A program made the translations under genes and the position numbers. Positions 1 to 14,039 of a stretch of DNA of 64,000 nt are shown piece after piece (positions within the stretch are counted from its first letter, which is position 1; every line of letters starts with the position of its first letter). A model generated the notes under the pieces. The model was given only the letters and a program-made list of their open reading frames with translations, ran no database searches and was not told where the DNA came from. The DNA is from Thalia democratica (lineage: Eukaryota), in assembly GCA_965202585.1 (NCBI GenBank), contig OZ241826.1, positions 32,550,001 through 32,614,000 on the forward strand. The letters run 5' to 3'.

Positions 1-107
1 TATATTGTATTTTTTATACTTTAAATACAATAATGATATTTAAACACTTTTTAACTTTAACAATAAATAAATAAAAAATTATATGTAAAAATTAATGTAG
101 TTTAAAC

Positions 108-447
108 CAGGGTTACCATTTTACCAAGAAACCTGGAAAAATCTGGAGTTTGAATAAAAATCACTAAAAATAAACTTTAAAAACCTGGAGTTTTAGCAAT
201 TTTCACATGTTCATTAGTTAAATTTCGTATTAGCATATCTAGCATATAAATAAAAAATATTTGTCATCGTCAAACAATTTAAAGTAGCTTTATTGTATCT
301 TTTTAATGTTATTATTCAATTTAATACAGTTTCTTACCTTAATCATAACTTTAAACTGAAAATAAATTCATAAATGTGTACTTTCAATAACCTGGAAGAA
401 ATTTGAAAAATCTAGAAAAAGTTTTGAAATAACAAGTGGCATTCCTG
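108..447 (+). mobile_element. MITE family A (CAGGGTTGCCA-type TIR), internally deleted
   Basis: Ends CAGGGTTACCA / TGGCATTCCTG; ACCTGGAA subterminal repeats; 6-bp TSD TTAAAC on both sides. Confidence 0.85.
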
Positions 448-998
448 TTAAACTCAACTGTTTTAAAAAATATTTTAGGTACTTTATTTTTTATCACTCA
501 GTAAGAGCATTTTTACAATAGCTAAACAAGTAGATGCAACACACACAGTCCAGTTTAAATATTTTGAAAATTCTGGCTAACTCAGGCTTGATTATTTTTT
601 TTGTCAAAATACATAATAATTTGGATATTTTTTAGTTTTTGAACTTGATGACTATCAATTTGGTATTTCTACTCAATAAAGACTACTTTTCAGCTTTCTA
701 CCCACATCAATAATTTTATTTATTTTATTATCATAAACATAAGCTAGTTTTTACCTAAAAGTAAAGTAAAAATATGGTGTATATATTATATGTACTACAA
801 GCTGAGGTCCACTTACACAATTTAGATTTTAAAATACTAATAAATAATGTATAAAGTTCAGAGCTTTTCGTTATAAAACACATTCAAATTAGCATTACAG
901 TATCCTTTATCATTTACTATATCAATTTACTACTAAAATAAAACTTAATTACTTGATAAAAAACCTAGAAGTATATCAGAAAGTATGAGAAGCTTTTA

Positions 999-1399
999 CA
1001 GGGTTGTCAAAAAACATGGAATTCAATAATTAATCTAAGTATTTTGGATAAACCTGGATTTGAGAAGTTTTGAAAAATAACTGGAATTTTGAACAAAAAC
1101 CTAAAGAACCTGAAATTTTAAACAGTTTTTACTTGTTAAGCAATAGAATTTTGATTTTATACAAAATTTTTATTGTAGATATTAAAAACAAATTGTTAAT
1201 ATCAAAATTTTTTTTACTAAAAAACACATTAGAGTAGTTTACCAGTATCTTTTTATTATTTTTGTACTCTTCTAGACAGTTTTTTACCTTATACTTAGTT
1301 TAATAGTAAAAACAGTACCAAAAACTTCTATTTTAAAAATCTGGATGAGTTTTATAAAAAACTTTTAACAATCCTTCCTAAAAATCAGTATCCACCCTA
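999..1399 (+). mobile_element. MITE family A, degenerate
   Basis: Starts CAGGGTTGTCA; internal similarity to 11994-12397; decayed right end; no TSD. Confidence 0.7.
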
Positions 1400-1520
1400 A
1401 AAACTCATGCCAGCTCAGGATAGTTTAGGTTTGCTACACACAAGATAACTTTGTGTAACTCTGATAAAAAGAAACTCAATTTGATTCAGCAGTGTTGAAG
1501 AAAAACTCCTTCATTTAGAT

Positions 1521-1817
1521 CAGGGTTTCCCAAACTTTTTTGCAAATGGCCCCCTTTAAAGAAATTGAAAAAGTTCTGGCCACCTTAAACAAGATAACTC
1601 ATAAACTACAATAAAAAACACCAAAGACCTTTTTTTTCTGCTCTTCATCTTCAACTCAAGAATATCTAGTGTAAGTTTCAAGTTATGGGCTCATGCCCCC
1701 CCCCTGTGGCTCCTTTACTGCTCATGGTCCCTCCTCTTCCCCCTTTGCTGCTCTTGGCCCCCAAAGTATCTGTCATGGCCCCCTAGGGGGCCACTTGGCC
1801 CACTTTGGGAAACCCTG
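1521..1817 (+). mobile_element. hAT (Charlie-type) MITE
   Basis: CAGGGTTTCCCAAA / TTTGGGAAACCCTG TIRs; perfect 8-bp TSD ATTTAGAT. Confidence 0.93.
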
Positions 1818-3174
1818 ATTTAGATATTCATATTAACAGTTAAAAATCTGAAACAATAATAAGTGATTCTAGAAACACACATACATAATATAGACATTGA
1901 TATATAAAAAATTGAGCTACAGTTCAATTATTCTACAGGTATACCCTCATTCCCTACCTGAGCACAATTCCCACAAAATCAAATCCCACTAAAAACTTTA
2001 TTTTGTTTTATTCATTTAATTTTATTATTTACTTTCTTTTAATATCACTGTTACCCTAACCATTGCCTACGCTTAAGTAGGTACATTTTTTTGCTTATTC
2101 TTGTATTACTTTTCTTTTTATTATTTTATATTGATTGGGTTATAGTTGATTTAGGTACCACTGTAAGTTAATTACTGATTTGGTTTTGTTTTATATTGAA
2201 ATAGTATTTTTTGTCTGTTTGAAAAGTCAATTTTATAACTGCTTACAGTTTACTGAAATCTTTTACTGGAATAATTATATAACCAACTTAAAATATCTCA
2301 TTACAGTTTTCAGAATTATTGATTATGTAAAAAAATAAAATATTTAGCTTTAAACAAGTTTTTCTTCCTACTAAATAATTATTTAAACGAAGATAACTTA
2401 ATATAAATAAATGAAATATTAGATAATTTAGGCTAAAAGTTCTAGAGTATAGTGTAATATAATTTGCTAGTGATTTTTAAATCAGTGTTTAGAAATTAGC
2501 TGGCATAATGTCTGCTAAATATTGAATAATTTTGTAATGTCTGCTAACTCTAAAATAGTTTTTTATAAATATTTTACTTAAATTTTTTTTTTTTTAATAA
2601 CTTAAAACTATTACTGTATCTACTTTTGCTTATATAGTAATATTTTGAGAAAGTATCCTTTGAAATTTTTGGATGTCATATAAAAACCTTTAAGTCTCTT
2701 AATAAATAAATAGTTTAAGATAAAGAGAAAGAAATTTATTTATAATTAAACTGTTACTTAACTTTTTTTTGCTAAGTACTTGTTACCATAATCTATTGCA
2801 GTAAGGCCTATGTAATTACAATAAGTTAATTATCTTAGATAAATAAATAAATTTTAGTAAGCCATTAAGTATATACCACAGTTTTTAGAAATGAATTTGC
2901 TTTACTTTTGATTAAATTTTGGATTGCTATACATAGTTTATATTAGTAATGAAATTTCTAAATCAAGTATATTGAAAAACTAGCTTTAGTTTTTAATAAT
3001 TTAAGGTTTTTGAAAAAGTAAATGGGTTAATTAAGATTATGTAAATTATTGTGTACTAATAATTAATACTTCTTAAAATATTATCAAGTAGATAAGACTA
3101 GGTTAAGGCTATAGTTTAGGGGCTTAGTTATTTGTTTTTACATAAATTAATTTTATAATTAATTTTATTTAAAC

Positions 3175-3407
3175 CAGAGTTTTCCAAACTCTTTTTCAAA
3201 AGGGCCCATTTTTAAAAATAAAAAAGTTCTGGCCCCCTCCAACAATATTTCTCAAAAAACTACCATTAAATTGTTTGAAACTTTTTTTTTGTTCTTTGTC
3301 ATCAACTCCAAAATGTCTAGTGTAAGTTCAAACTATGACTTTATGGCCCTCCCCTTTACTGCACTTGGCCACCATGGGGGCCACTTGACCCAGTTTGGGA
3401 AACCCTG
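3175..3407 (+). mobile_element. hAT (Charlie-type) MITE, same family as 1521-1817
   Basis: Shared internal sequence (TCATCAACTC...TCTAGTGTAAG); TSD ATTTAAAC/ATTTTAAC (7/8). Confidence 0.9.
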
Positions 3408-3565
3408 ATTTTAACTGTCAAGAAATAGTCAGATTTAAAAACTATTTCTTTACAAAAATATATTGTGTGTAATTTTTTCACTTGTATTACAAACTTAAAT
3501 ACTTTATTTTTCAAATTTTTTTGAACTTGGTTTAGCACTAAGTTTTTCTCAAGGAGCTTTAAGTG

Positions 3566-4403
3566 CAGGGTTGCCACTTGGTCAGGAAATCAGGAAAAGT
3601 CAGGAAAAATTTTAAAAATGACAAAAGTCAGGAAAAGTCAGGTAAAAATGGGGGGTTTTGAAAAAAAGTCAGGAAAAGTCAGGAAATTTTATAAAATTAA
3701 AATAAAAATCAGATTTTGTCAGTTTGAATTTACAAAATTCCTTGTTTTTCAAAGCCTTCAAATGGTAAAAATTGATTAAAAATCCTTTAAAGTCAGAAAA
3801 AGATCCCAAATTTTCCTGGAAGTTAACAAAAATATTTAAATTTGTTTCCAATGCCTTCACCTGGTATAAATTAGTAAAATATCCTTTATAAAACTGCAAA
3901 AATTTTCTATTAACATATTGAACAAGTACCCTACTTGAACAAGCAGGTTTTGTAAGCTTTTTAGTATTGATAATCTGTAGCAAGGACACTTCCATAGTGA
4001 GACTGTGATATATACACAAAAATTGTAAAAGTTCCTTTTATGTCATTTGTTATATAGATACATTTATGCTAGGAAATGCTAAAAAATTGTGTCTTTTTTC
4101 AGACAAGCTGTGTTTATAAGGTGATAATACAAGTATTTTGCTGATTGAGCTGTTTATTACAAACATGAATCATACACAGATGGTTTAAGTGATGTACTGG
4201 AAGCTTGATAGAATTCAGCAAAAAACTGTTGTTTTGAATCTGTATCAAAATTAGATTGAAAGCTTTATATTGTTTTAAGTGTTAGATTATGTATTTTAGA
4301 ATAAGTTTGATTTAAGAGTATGATTTAGAAAAGTCAGGAAAATTTTGGTAAAAAGTCAGGAAAAGTCAGGAAATTTTTCTCAGCTTGATCAATGTCAACC
4401 ATG
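3566..4403 (+). mobile_element. MITE family B (same TIR type, GTCAGGAAAA subterminal repeats)
   Basis: CAGGGTTGCCA / TGTCAACCATG; AGTCAGGAAA arrays at both ends; 6-bp TSD TAAGTG on both sides. Confidence 0.88.
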
Positions 4404-7310
4404 TAAGTGCTTAAAATATAAAAAAGTTGTTCAAATTGAAAAAATAATTTAAACATTTTATTTAAATAATTTTATTTTAAGCATTGATGAACCTTTATAA
4501 ACTTAGTTTATAAGGAAGACTTAAGATTTAAAAAAATGTTTTCCCTCTAGAAACCAGTAATTGTTTTTTAACTAATGTAAAATATTAAGAAGAAAATTAA
4601 AAATTGTAAAATTTTACCTGTTTAAATTCAAGTATCTAAAGTCTTTTGGATTTTTTTTGATCTGAGAGAGTAGATGATTTTTAAAAGTCAATCTTACTTT
4701 TACACTGAGGTCATAGAGGTAGTCTACCTTGTTTTTTACAGTCTAATCTATTTTGTCAGTTTAATTCTAGCTAGACAAGTTGAATAATAATTTACTTTTG
4801 AGATATAAGTGACCAAAGTTTGTGTGTTCAATTACTTTTATATTGATGGAGTAATTAAAATTGACAATAAAATTACTTTTTAGTTAAATATCAATCTTGT
4901 TCTTTTTAAAACAAGTTCACTTCAATTGGTTACTGCAATTACTAAAAATATTTAATTTCTTATACTAACTGAAATGTTTTGTTTTTATTTTATTTGTAGT
5001 TATTTAGTATTCAAAAATTTGTAGCTTGTTCAAGCTTTTTAAGTGTTTTAGTGTTTTCAAAAAAACATAGTTCAAAAATTAGAAAAAATAAACATATTTC
5101 TAGTAAATTATTAAAATAGAAAATTGACAATGAAAATATTGAGGTCCGTATGTTTGTGTTAGATTTTTCCTACACTAACTGGCTATATTTCAAAAATTAC
5201 CTATATATAATTCTACATATTATGTTCTGCGAAAGTTATTTATATTACAAACAATTTTATTTCAAGGTTTTAGATAACATCAAACTTGATTATTTTGAAC
5301 GCTTTGATACCTTTGTTCCATTCATTTTTAATTAAGTTTTGAATATATTTTAAATTTGTTCAGCTTTATAATTTAATAAGTACTGGTTTAGTTACCATTG
5401 TAATCTTGATAAACAGTCTAACACACAGTCTTGTTACAGAGGTGAAAACATACCAGTTCAATCTAGAAAAAGAAGCTTAAACATGATCTCTAGAGTCTGC
5501 CTGAAGCTTTCAAAGTAAGATATAATTTTACTAAAATTACAACAAAGTTTTGCTTTTAAATTAAATTCGATCAAATTTTCACAATCATTTCTTTTTATGT
5601 AGTTTAAAAATTTAAGCATACTTTTATTTTCTTAATATTTAATTTTTAAACTAGAATAAATTTATTTTTTTAGCACAAAATAAGTTCACTAAAGCTTGAT
5701 TGACTTTTAATAATATTATTTGGTCTATCTGTATAAAAAAAATAATTTGTACAATAATTTTGATAGTAGTCTTACAGTAGTACTTTGATACCATGTCTTA
5801 TATATTGTACCGTTAAAGTGATAAAAAATGTTATAATTACTGTAAAGAATTTAAGTACACTTGGTTAAATAAACAGCAATATATGTTTAACTATTTTCAA
5901 ATAAAATTTGATTTATTTAGGTTAAACCTTAATATATAAAGTTTTGCTTATAAATACCAAAAAAATGGTGATGAATTAGTACAAAAAATTAATTTTAATT
6001 TTATTGTGTTACAGTTGCAGTTACTTTTAAGTGAACTCTGATGGTAGTTGTTCGAAATACCCTTGTACAACTATGTAAGTTAATATTTATAGTTAACTTA
6101 AACTTTTTTAAGTAATAGTATTCTTGCAGCAATGTTGTTAAGGGCATAGGGGGATCCACCTTATTTTGTAGAGTAGATCTTGTTTATGCTATCAAAAATT
6201 TTAACTGCTTAAGAGAATTCTAAGTAACTTTTGAGATATACCATGAAGTTAATGGGCAGGTTCCTAATGATTTAAATTAAAAACAGAAAAAAAAATTATT
6301 TAACTTAAAATACATCTTCATCTTCTTTTTTAATTAATTTAAGCTTTTCATAGTATAACCATTACAATTATCTAAATTTTTCATTGCTGAAATTAAAAAG
6401 AAATTTTTTAATAAAAATGTTGATATAAAAAAAATCTTTTTAATCTGAACTTTAACAATAATATTTTAGAATTTTAACATTCAAAGTTTTATAAACTATA
6501 TATAAAAATTTTTCTTAAAAATTGAGGTCTTTAGTTTAAAAAATAAGCAAGAAGAAAAACTTTTAGTGAACTCTGTTTCCTAGGAAATTGAGTATGAAAA
6601 GTTGCAATCCATCAGTTACACTAGAAACTTGTAAAGAAGTTAAGATAATTTCAAATTTAAATAAAAGTTTCACTTCTTTAAATTTTGGCCTTTAGTTTAT
6701 ACTTTAAGCTTTCATATAAGAGCCAATGTTATTTTTCGCAAATAGTGTTTGCCCCTTGTATGCCTTTTACAAATTTTTACTTAGATTGCTCAATTAAGCT
6801 AGCATATTTGAGAATTGATTTAAACTTTCCAAAAGTATTCATTTCTTAAATAACTTGTATAATTAAAAGTGTAATTTCTTTTTACAACAGCATAGTAATA
6901 ATTCACAACATTGCATCTTATTTAGAAAACTTTGTGTACTGTTTAAAAAGTTGCTAATTTTACCATTTTTTTTTCCTAGAATTTTAGTATTTTTGTTCTA
7001 CCCCTATTTTAATTTTTTATGTTTATTACTAATTAACGTATTTATTTTTTTGAGTGAACGAAAATGAATTGATAGATAATGTTATAACTTATAAATCTAA
7101 CTTATCAATAGCAGCCTTGCCTTATTTTTTGATAACCTTTTACAGTTAAAGGACATAAGGGGACATTATTTTAAAACTAACATTGCTCTTATTTTTAAGC
7201 TTAGAATATATGCTATAAGATTCTTAAAAAAAACAGTTAGCCTTTGGCTTACAACCAGTTTTATAAAAAAAATATTTTTTCTAAGGATTTCAAATTCTCA
7301 AGACAGAATA

Positions 7311-7353
7311 AGGTTACTCAAGACAGTTTTTTGACTGTCTTGAGTAGAAACCC
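7311..7353. repeat. Small hairpin, probably a collapsed MITE
   Basis: TACTCAAGACAGT-tttttg-ACTGTCTTGAGTA with AGG(G)TT/AACCCT ends. Confidence 0.6.
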
Positions 7354-8469
7354 TTGCCATTTATGTAAACATTTGCTTCCTGTAACATATATTTTCTTTA
7401 CTTATTTGTCATTTAAATAAAAAACATTTTGTGTTTACAAAAGTTTTATAGCATAAAATAACAAAAACTTAGAAAAATAATTTATAGGAGTAAAATAAGT
7501 ATATAAGTATTTTGGTATTTTGAATTTGGTTGTATATGTTTTTATTTAAAATAAGCTGTTTTGTCAAAAACTAAAAATACATATGTAATAAATTTAATTT
7601 AGTTGAATTTTCAGAAGAACCTTTTTTTAATTTGTTGTATTCTGAAATAAAATATTTATTATTACTTTAAAAGATATTTTATACCAAATTACAAAAATTT
7701 TAATTAGTATGAAATCTAAATAAATTAATTTACATAAGTTTTATAACAGTACATTTGTTAAAGAGAATGTACTGTTTTAAAAATTATGTAAATAACTTTA
7801 TTTATATTTATGATGATTTACAAATAGATAAACTTGATTTGTTTAAATCTTTTCCTAAACTCAATTGTTACAAAACAATTTGTTTTCCAATGCTAAAAAT
7901 TATAATCAGAATATAAAATAAATCACAAAAAAATTATAATAATAAAAAAGCATAAATCATTTAATGTAGGGGTGGATCACTTTTTAAATGTTACTAAAAA
8001 GCTTTTTAGGACTGTACTTTTTATTATAGAAATAAAAATGATTTGGCTATACAAATATTATTTCTATAAAAGAAGTAATATAATGAAGAAAAACAAAACT
8101 CGAAGTTGTAATGAGAGGATAATTAAACAAGCACTATAAGGTTTTAGGATTAGGTCTTTAGATCTTCACGATAGTTTATGTGTAAAACCTTAACAATTAC
8201 AAACTGTGGATTAAAAATACTGTAATAATAGCCAGTTGTGTAAGTCTTAATGTTTAAAAACTAATCTTATAATTTAAGGTCATTAGGGGTGGGGGTAAGC
8301 TATGTTTTTTACAAGTTAATTTTATTTTATAGAGTTATTTTTAGGCTTCAAGATGCTTTTTATCGTTTTAAAAAATTCGAATTATTTTTTGATATATGAC
8401 CAGTCAAAGTTGGGCCGCATAATAGGTCCCCTGTGGGAAGGGAAAACTAAACCAGCGAAAAAAGGCTAT

Positions 8470-8762
8470 TTTACTTAAAATCTATCTCCTCCTACATTTT
8501 TCAAGCAATCTTCTTCACACTTCTACAGTCTAATCGGTATACAATAACAAAAAACATACTTTGGACTTGAAAATTTTTTTGTAAAAATGTATTTTGTTTG
8601 TTTAAAAAGAGACTTTTTTCAATTTTTTTACATAAAATTTTTAATTTTTTAAATTATTAAAATTAATAAGTAACGTTTCTTCTTTTAGTATAAGGAACAT
8701 TTCCTGAAAATTTGAAGAAGATTGATTCAAAAATGAAGGAGGAGATAGATTTTTAGTGATTT
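8470..8762. repeat. Inverted repeat within a decayed DNA transposon
   Basis: AAATCTATCTCCTCCT...AATCTTCTTCA pairs with TGAAGAAGATT...AGGAGGAGATAGATTT. Related termini at about 6690-6780 and 8885-8970. Confidence 0.6.
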
Positions 8763-10727
8763 AAAAAATTTCCAAGAAAATTGACCCCGAAAAGTCTGTG
8801 TTCCATTCGTTTGTATCGGAAACCTTTTACAAAAAAATAAAATATATCAAATATTAAATGATATTTTTTAATTCAATAAAATCTGGCTTGTAGTTTGTAC
8901 TTAAAGCTTTCATATAAAAGCCAAAAATAGTTTTTGTAAAAAACGTGTTTTACCTCTCCTTATGGCCTTAATTAAACTTATAACCATCTAAATATTTTTA
9001 ATAAAATTATGGTTTGTACTTTAATTTATACTATTTTTAAATTGACTAAGTTATAGTTTGGTATTTATTGTTCATTTATTTTAGCCAATTATGCATTTTC
9101 CATAAGCATTGTTGATTTTATGTTTGAAAAAAAAAGTTTATCTTAAAAAGTAGATATGCTTATTTACTTATTGTAATTATTTATGTTTTATATTAATTAT
9201 TTAATAAAATATAAGCAGTTTAACAAACCCTTAAATGTTATTTTTTTTTAATGTTATATACTTTTTGAGGATGGAGGCGGTCATCCCTTAAGCAGATAGA
9301 TGTCTTTGATTTTTGCTGTTCTCAAAGACGCTTACTTACAGCTTTGTAAGTTTAGTTTGACATTTTTTTTATTGTTTCCTGATACCCATCATGCGAAGTT
9401 ATATTTTATAAGAACAAGATAGCTTTATACCTAAAAAAGTAGATCCATTTTTCAAAAAGTTTTAAACTTCTTTGAAAAGCTGGATATGTAATTTTTTTAT
9501 GGATTTTACAATATGATTTGGTACTTATTATAACGTGTTTTTAACTAAATTTTAAAAGTACATGAATTTATTATTTTTTATAAAAAAAACCTTTTTGTCC
9601 ATATATCAATGGTTTTGAAAATGCTTTGACATTTAACTTTGCCAAAACAAGCTAACTAATAATATGTTACCTTCAAATATTGGATCAATTAAAAAATGAC
9701 CCTGGTGTCATTATTTTTACTTAACTCAAACTTTTCTTGGTTGAATCAATTTCTTCAAAATTTTTCTAAAACTTTTGGCAACCCTGCTAACCTTTACTGA
9801 ACAGTTTGATAGAAGCTGTATACATTTATCATTTTGTTTGTTGATCATATGAAATTTTTTATCTATAAATGAAAATTGCACATTGAAAATTTATTGGAAT
9901 TTATTTATAGGAAAGTTTATTAGAACAATTTTAATGTTTTATAGTAATAATAAAAGTGGTTGTTACTATCATAAAAAAATTTCTGTTGTCTGTAACTAGT
10001 TTGTTCAAATAATCTTCATTATTTTAATAAAATAAATGCTCCTAACAAGAGTATAATGGTTAAATAATAAAAAACAGAAACTTTAAAATACATTTCAAGT
10101 TGTTAATCTGTAAAATATATTTTACATATGCTATATAGTTGTTAAGGTTTTAAAACAGTTTTGTTTCAAGAACTAAAAAGAACTTGACAAATTTTAAGTT
10201 TCTTTTAAAAGTTTGACTCTGTTAAACTATTCATATTATAATAGCAGCGAAACGCCATAAGTAAATATTTAGAAATAATATTAATAAGTAAAAGTATTTG
10301 CCTACAAAAACAGTTGTATATAAAACCAAATTCAAATAGGATGGAATAAAAGTTTGTACAACACTAAAAACAATTAAAAATACTTAATCGAATATAGTAT
10401 GAATATAAATTACTTGTATTTTTGAAGTATTTGGAAAGCTGAAGTACAATCATAAATTTTAAAACTTATTTTCTAAAAACCTTTTGCCCATTGTATAAGT
10501 TTTTAAATGAATTTTATTTTTGAACATTGTTTGTTTTTATATTAAAACACTGGTTGTACACTGTACAGGTAATTTTAATATAATTTTTTGAGTTTTTAAT
10601 AGTTTTTTTTTTAATTTGAAAAATGTATTATATCGGTTCTTCATTCTTACAATTGTTTAAATTTAATTTAAAATGTATACGCTAGAAATATAATGAATCA
10701 AAATTTTACTCGATTAACCTATGTTTT

Positions 10728-11447
10728 ATGCATCCTTATGTTGTATTAGTTGCAGTCATTCTGTTATTTTCTAATACAAATGCTAGTTTAAAACTGTTTC
10801 ATGTAAAAAATTGATATTACAGTTTTTATTAGCTCTACACATAAAAATGTATTTTTAGGTATAAAATAATATATAAAGTTTGTGTAATATTGCTTTTGTA
10901 AAATATCTCAATAACCGAAGTTTTTTTAAAAATATTGTTTTGATTTATTTAAATGAATATAATGTTATTCATGTTACCCATACTTTTTTGTTCAATATAG
11001 TACTTAATAATTTTTACAGAATGTGACAAACCCAGATGAATTTAAAGGAGTCAAACAGAAACGTTCCAGTTTTTACTGCGCAAGAATGTAATTAAAGTAG
11101 CATTTCTAAAATTTTAGCAAGTGTTTATTTTTCCTTGATTTTTTTTTCTTGTTGTTTTATAACCCTTAATCAATTTTTTTGCTTCCGGTTATTAATTTAT
11201 TAAAAGCAGAGCAGAATATTTTTCAAATTTGTGTATGTTATGTCAATATAATAATACTTTATCGTTTATAAAAACTTATTTATATTATATATATTTTTAG
11301 TTTTATGCAAAGATCAAAAGTGTTTTAGTAAGTAGTTCATATTAAATAACTCTTGACCATATAATTTGGTAGGTTCTAAGTGAAAAATACTTCTAATTTA
11401 GAGAATACTTGAATCCGTTAAGTTTTGTACCAGCCTTATATCGTTAA
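10728..11447 (+). CDS. Candidate 62-aa secreted peptide precursor, 3 exons
   Basis: Exons 10728-10802, 11020-11087 and 11402-11447 are phase-compatible: MHPYVVLVAVILLFSNTNA-SLKLFH|NVTNPDEFKGVKQKRSSFYCAR|IEYLNPLSFVPALYR*. It has a signal-peptide-like N-terminus and a KR site. The first donor (gtaaaa) is weak and there is an out-of-frame upstream ATG at 10693. Confidence 0.3.
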
Positions 11448-11863
11448 ATTTTGATTATTTTCTTGTATACGTCATTTCATTTATTAGTCATCGTTTTTGA
11501 GACATTTGACTGAAAGAAAATCCGTTGATTCAGTTGCTTAGGTTAGTTATGAAAAATGTTGTTTTTGTACTCCTATTTGAGTTGTACTGTAAGTAATTCA
11601 ATTAAAAAATACCGTTACACTGAGTCAAACTTGTACAAAACATTGGGTTTGGTGTTAAAAAATCCCCGTCAGTAAGATTTATATTAATTAATTGAGTAAT
11701 TTAAGTCCTACTACCAGGGATTTTTTAACATTAATCACAGTACTTGTACTAAGTCTGAGCTTATGCAATTAAATTATGTAAATCTGAGTAATATAGAAAT
11801 TACCGTGTTGTTTGGCAGGTGCCTGTAATTCAGCTATTAGAAGGCTTGAAATGGAAAATAGTA

Positions 11864-12970
11864 CAGTAACCTCTTGCATCTTTACGCACTCATGACATTA
11901 CGCACTCTCGCTTAGTTACGCATTTTAGAATTCTATTAAATTCAAAACCTACAATTTTTTATTTTTTTTTATTGCACAAATTTGGTTTATTGTCAGGGTT
12001 GCCACTTTACCTGGAAAAACCTGGAATTTGACAATTTAGGCTAAAATATCCTGGAAAAACCTGGAATTTGATAAATTTTGAAAAAAACCTGGAAATTTGA
12101 TCAAAAAACCTGGAATTTTTAATAACTTTAACATTTTCAGTTGTAAAATTTTGATTTGTCACAAAAAATCTATCATATAATTAAGATTTAATGTCATCAT
12201 AAAAATTTTTTTTTTATTAAAAAGCACATTTAAATTAACTTTATAGTATATTTTCAATGCTTTTATTCTATTTAACACAGTTTCTTTAATAGAAATTAAC
12301 TGAAAACTAAAAATGACCCAAAAATGTGTACTTTTAAAAACCTGGAAGAAATTTGTAAAATCTGAAAAAAAAATTGAAAAAATGAGTGGCAACCCTGATT
12401 GTATATTTTTAATTTAAAATATGTTTTTAAATGCTAACTCACCTCTCTATATCTTTAGACTTTGTAAACTTATGTTTCTTGAATAATTGATAAATATTTA
12501 GTTATACCTGGGTATATTATATCAGATTAAAGCACCAAATGCATATTTTTGTAAAAGGCTATAGAAATAAATTTTAGTATAGACACCACACCATTTCTTA
12601 ATTGTAAACAAATGCTTAAAAATAAACTGAATTTGCTAAGTAGAATAGAATGTAAATGTTAAGTACCAAATAAGTCACATACAGTTAAAGATAACATCTA
12701 CTTATTATTTAAATTAGTAAAATTTTTTACATATATTATTATTTTATATAGATTTAAATATTTTATATTTTAATATACGTATAATTTTTTCTTATTTTCA
12801 TAGATAAAGTAAAGCAATTGTTATAAATAGGAAAGTCCCCAGTCTGCTATTAACTAGAAGCATTATCAAAAAACAACCATTATAGTTAGTATATTTGGTA
12901 CCTCTCGTATCTTTACGATCTCTCATATCTTTACGCACTTTTTCTGTGGACACAAAGCGAGAGGTTACTG
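11864..12970. mobile_element. Tc1/pogo-like non-autonomous element
   Basis: TA|CAGTAACCTCT...GAGAGGTTACTG|TA; TTACGCAC subterminal repeats; contains a family A MITE. Confidence 0.75.
11994..12397 (+). mobile_element. MITE family A, full length, nested in a pogo-like element
   Basis: CAGGGTTGCCACT...AGTGGCAACCCTG TIRs; 5-bp flanking duplication ATTGT. Confidence 0.92.
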
Positions 12971-13506
12971 TATTGTAGTTAACTGATATTAAGTTACTTA
13001 TATTTTATTGAACCCATTATTTATTGATAACCTTTGCATAACAAATTAACGTTATAGAATCATGGAGTTAATTTAAATTTAAAATTCGTTGGTTTTGAAA
13101 TAAGATTTATACAGTTTAGTTTGTTTTTAAGAGTTCGTTTATTCCAAATAAAAGTCTTTTCTCGCTTTGACTTGATCTTTAACTATTTAACTCTCACCAA
13201 AAAATTAAATTGTAGTTATTTTGATAAAGCTTATTTAAATACGTGATCTGTCCGCTACAAAATTTATGCGTCTTTAAGTACTATTTTATTTTAAGTTTCA
13301 ATGATTAATTTTTTTTTTCGATTTATTTTAGTGTGCTTGGGTTGGGGTAAAATTCTAAACTGAAAATGATAGGTAAAATGGTGAGAAATTAATTTATATC
13401 TGATTAAAGTACTGCAGTAATTTTAATTTACCTCGTTTGCATATTTATACGAACGAAAAATTTCAAACTTTTCTGCTGCGACCGAACCGTCTTTTATAGG
13501 TTGAAT

Positions 13507-14039
13507 TAGGAGTGGGCAACGTACGGCCCACAGGGTGAAAATGACCGACCCCCGACCGTTTTTTAAAATTTAATGGGATCCGGCCCGCGATCAAAGTGAC
13601 TGAACCGCGAAGGGTCAATACCACATAATTTTCATAAAACTTTTTATATTACTTCTACAAAACAATAAAAATCTGACTTTATAACATGCTATAAAATTAC
13701 TTTATGAATTAATGTGTACTAATAAATACACCATTTTGTCCTAATATTTTGTGTTCTAACTTAATTGGAACATCTTTTAGCCAAATTATCCCAAGCAAAG
13801 TGTTTTTTCAAGTACGATATTTGTCAATTACAATGCCGACCGGCCTGATCCAAAAATTTTTTCAATTAAAATCCGACTGGATCAGGATCTCAACCTAAAA
13901 TTAGTAATCAGTTGGATTCGGATCTAAAAATTTCATACTTCGCCTCATCCGGTAAATCACTAATTCGAAATGCTCCGGCTCGCAAAAGACTTGGATTTTC
14001 CGGATCCGGCCCGTTGATTGAAAACGTTGCCCGTCCTTA
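13507..14039 (+). mobile_element. hAT (SPIN/Buster-like) non-autonomous element
   Basis: TAGGAGTGGGCAACG / CGTTGCCCGTCCTTA; TSD GGTTGAAT/GGTTTAAT (7/8); inverted relative of 26486-27290. Confidence 0.85.

Noticed and set aside
3356-4019. ORFs 3356-3577 and 3669-4019 (also 12159-12392, 13901-14188, 27083-27328, 44310-44495)
   Set aside because: Chance ORFs lying in or across MITEs.
6015-6074. Exon-like segment with good AG and GTAAGT
   Set aside because: All three frames contain stops from the best acceptors; cannot be linked to a coding model.
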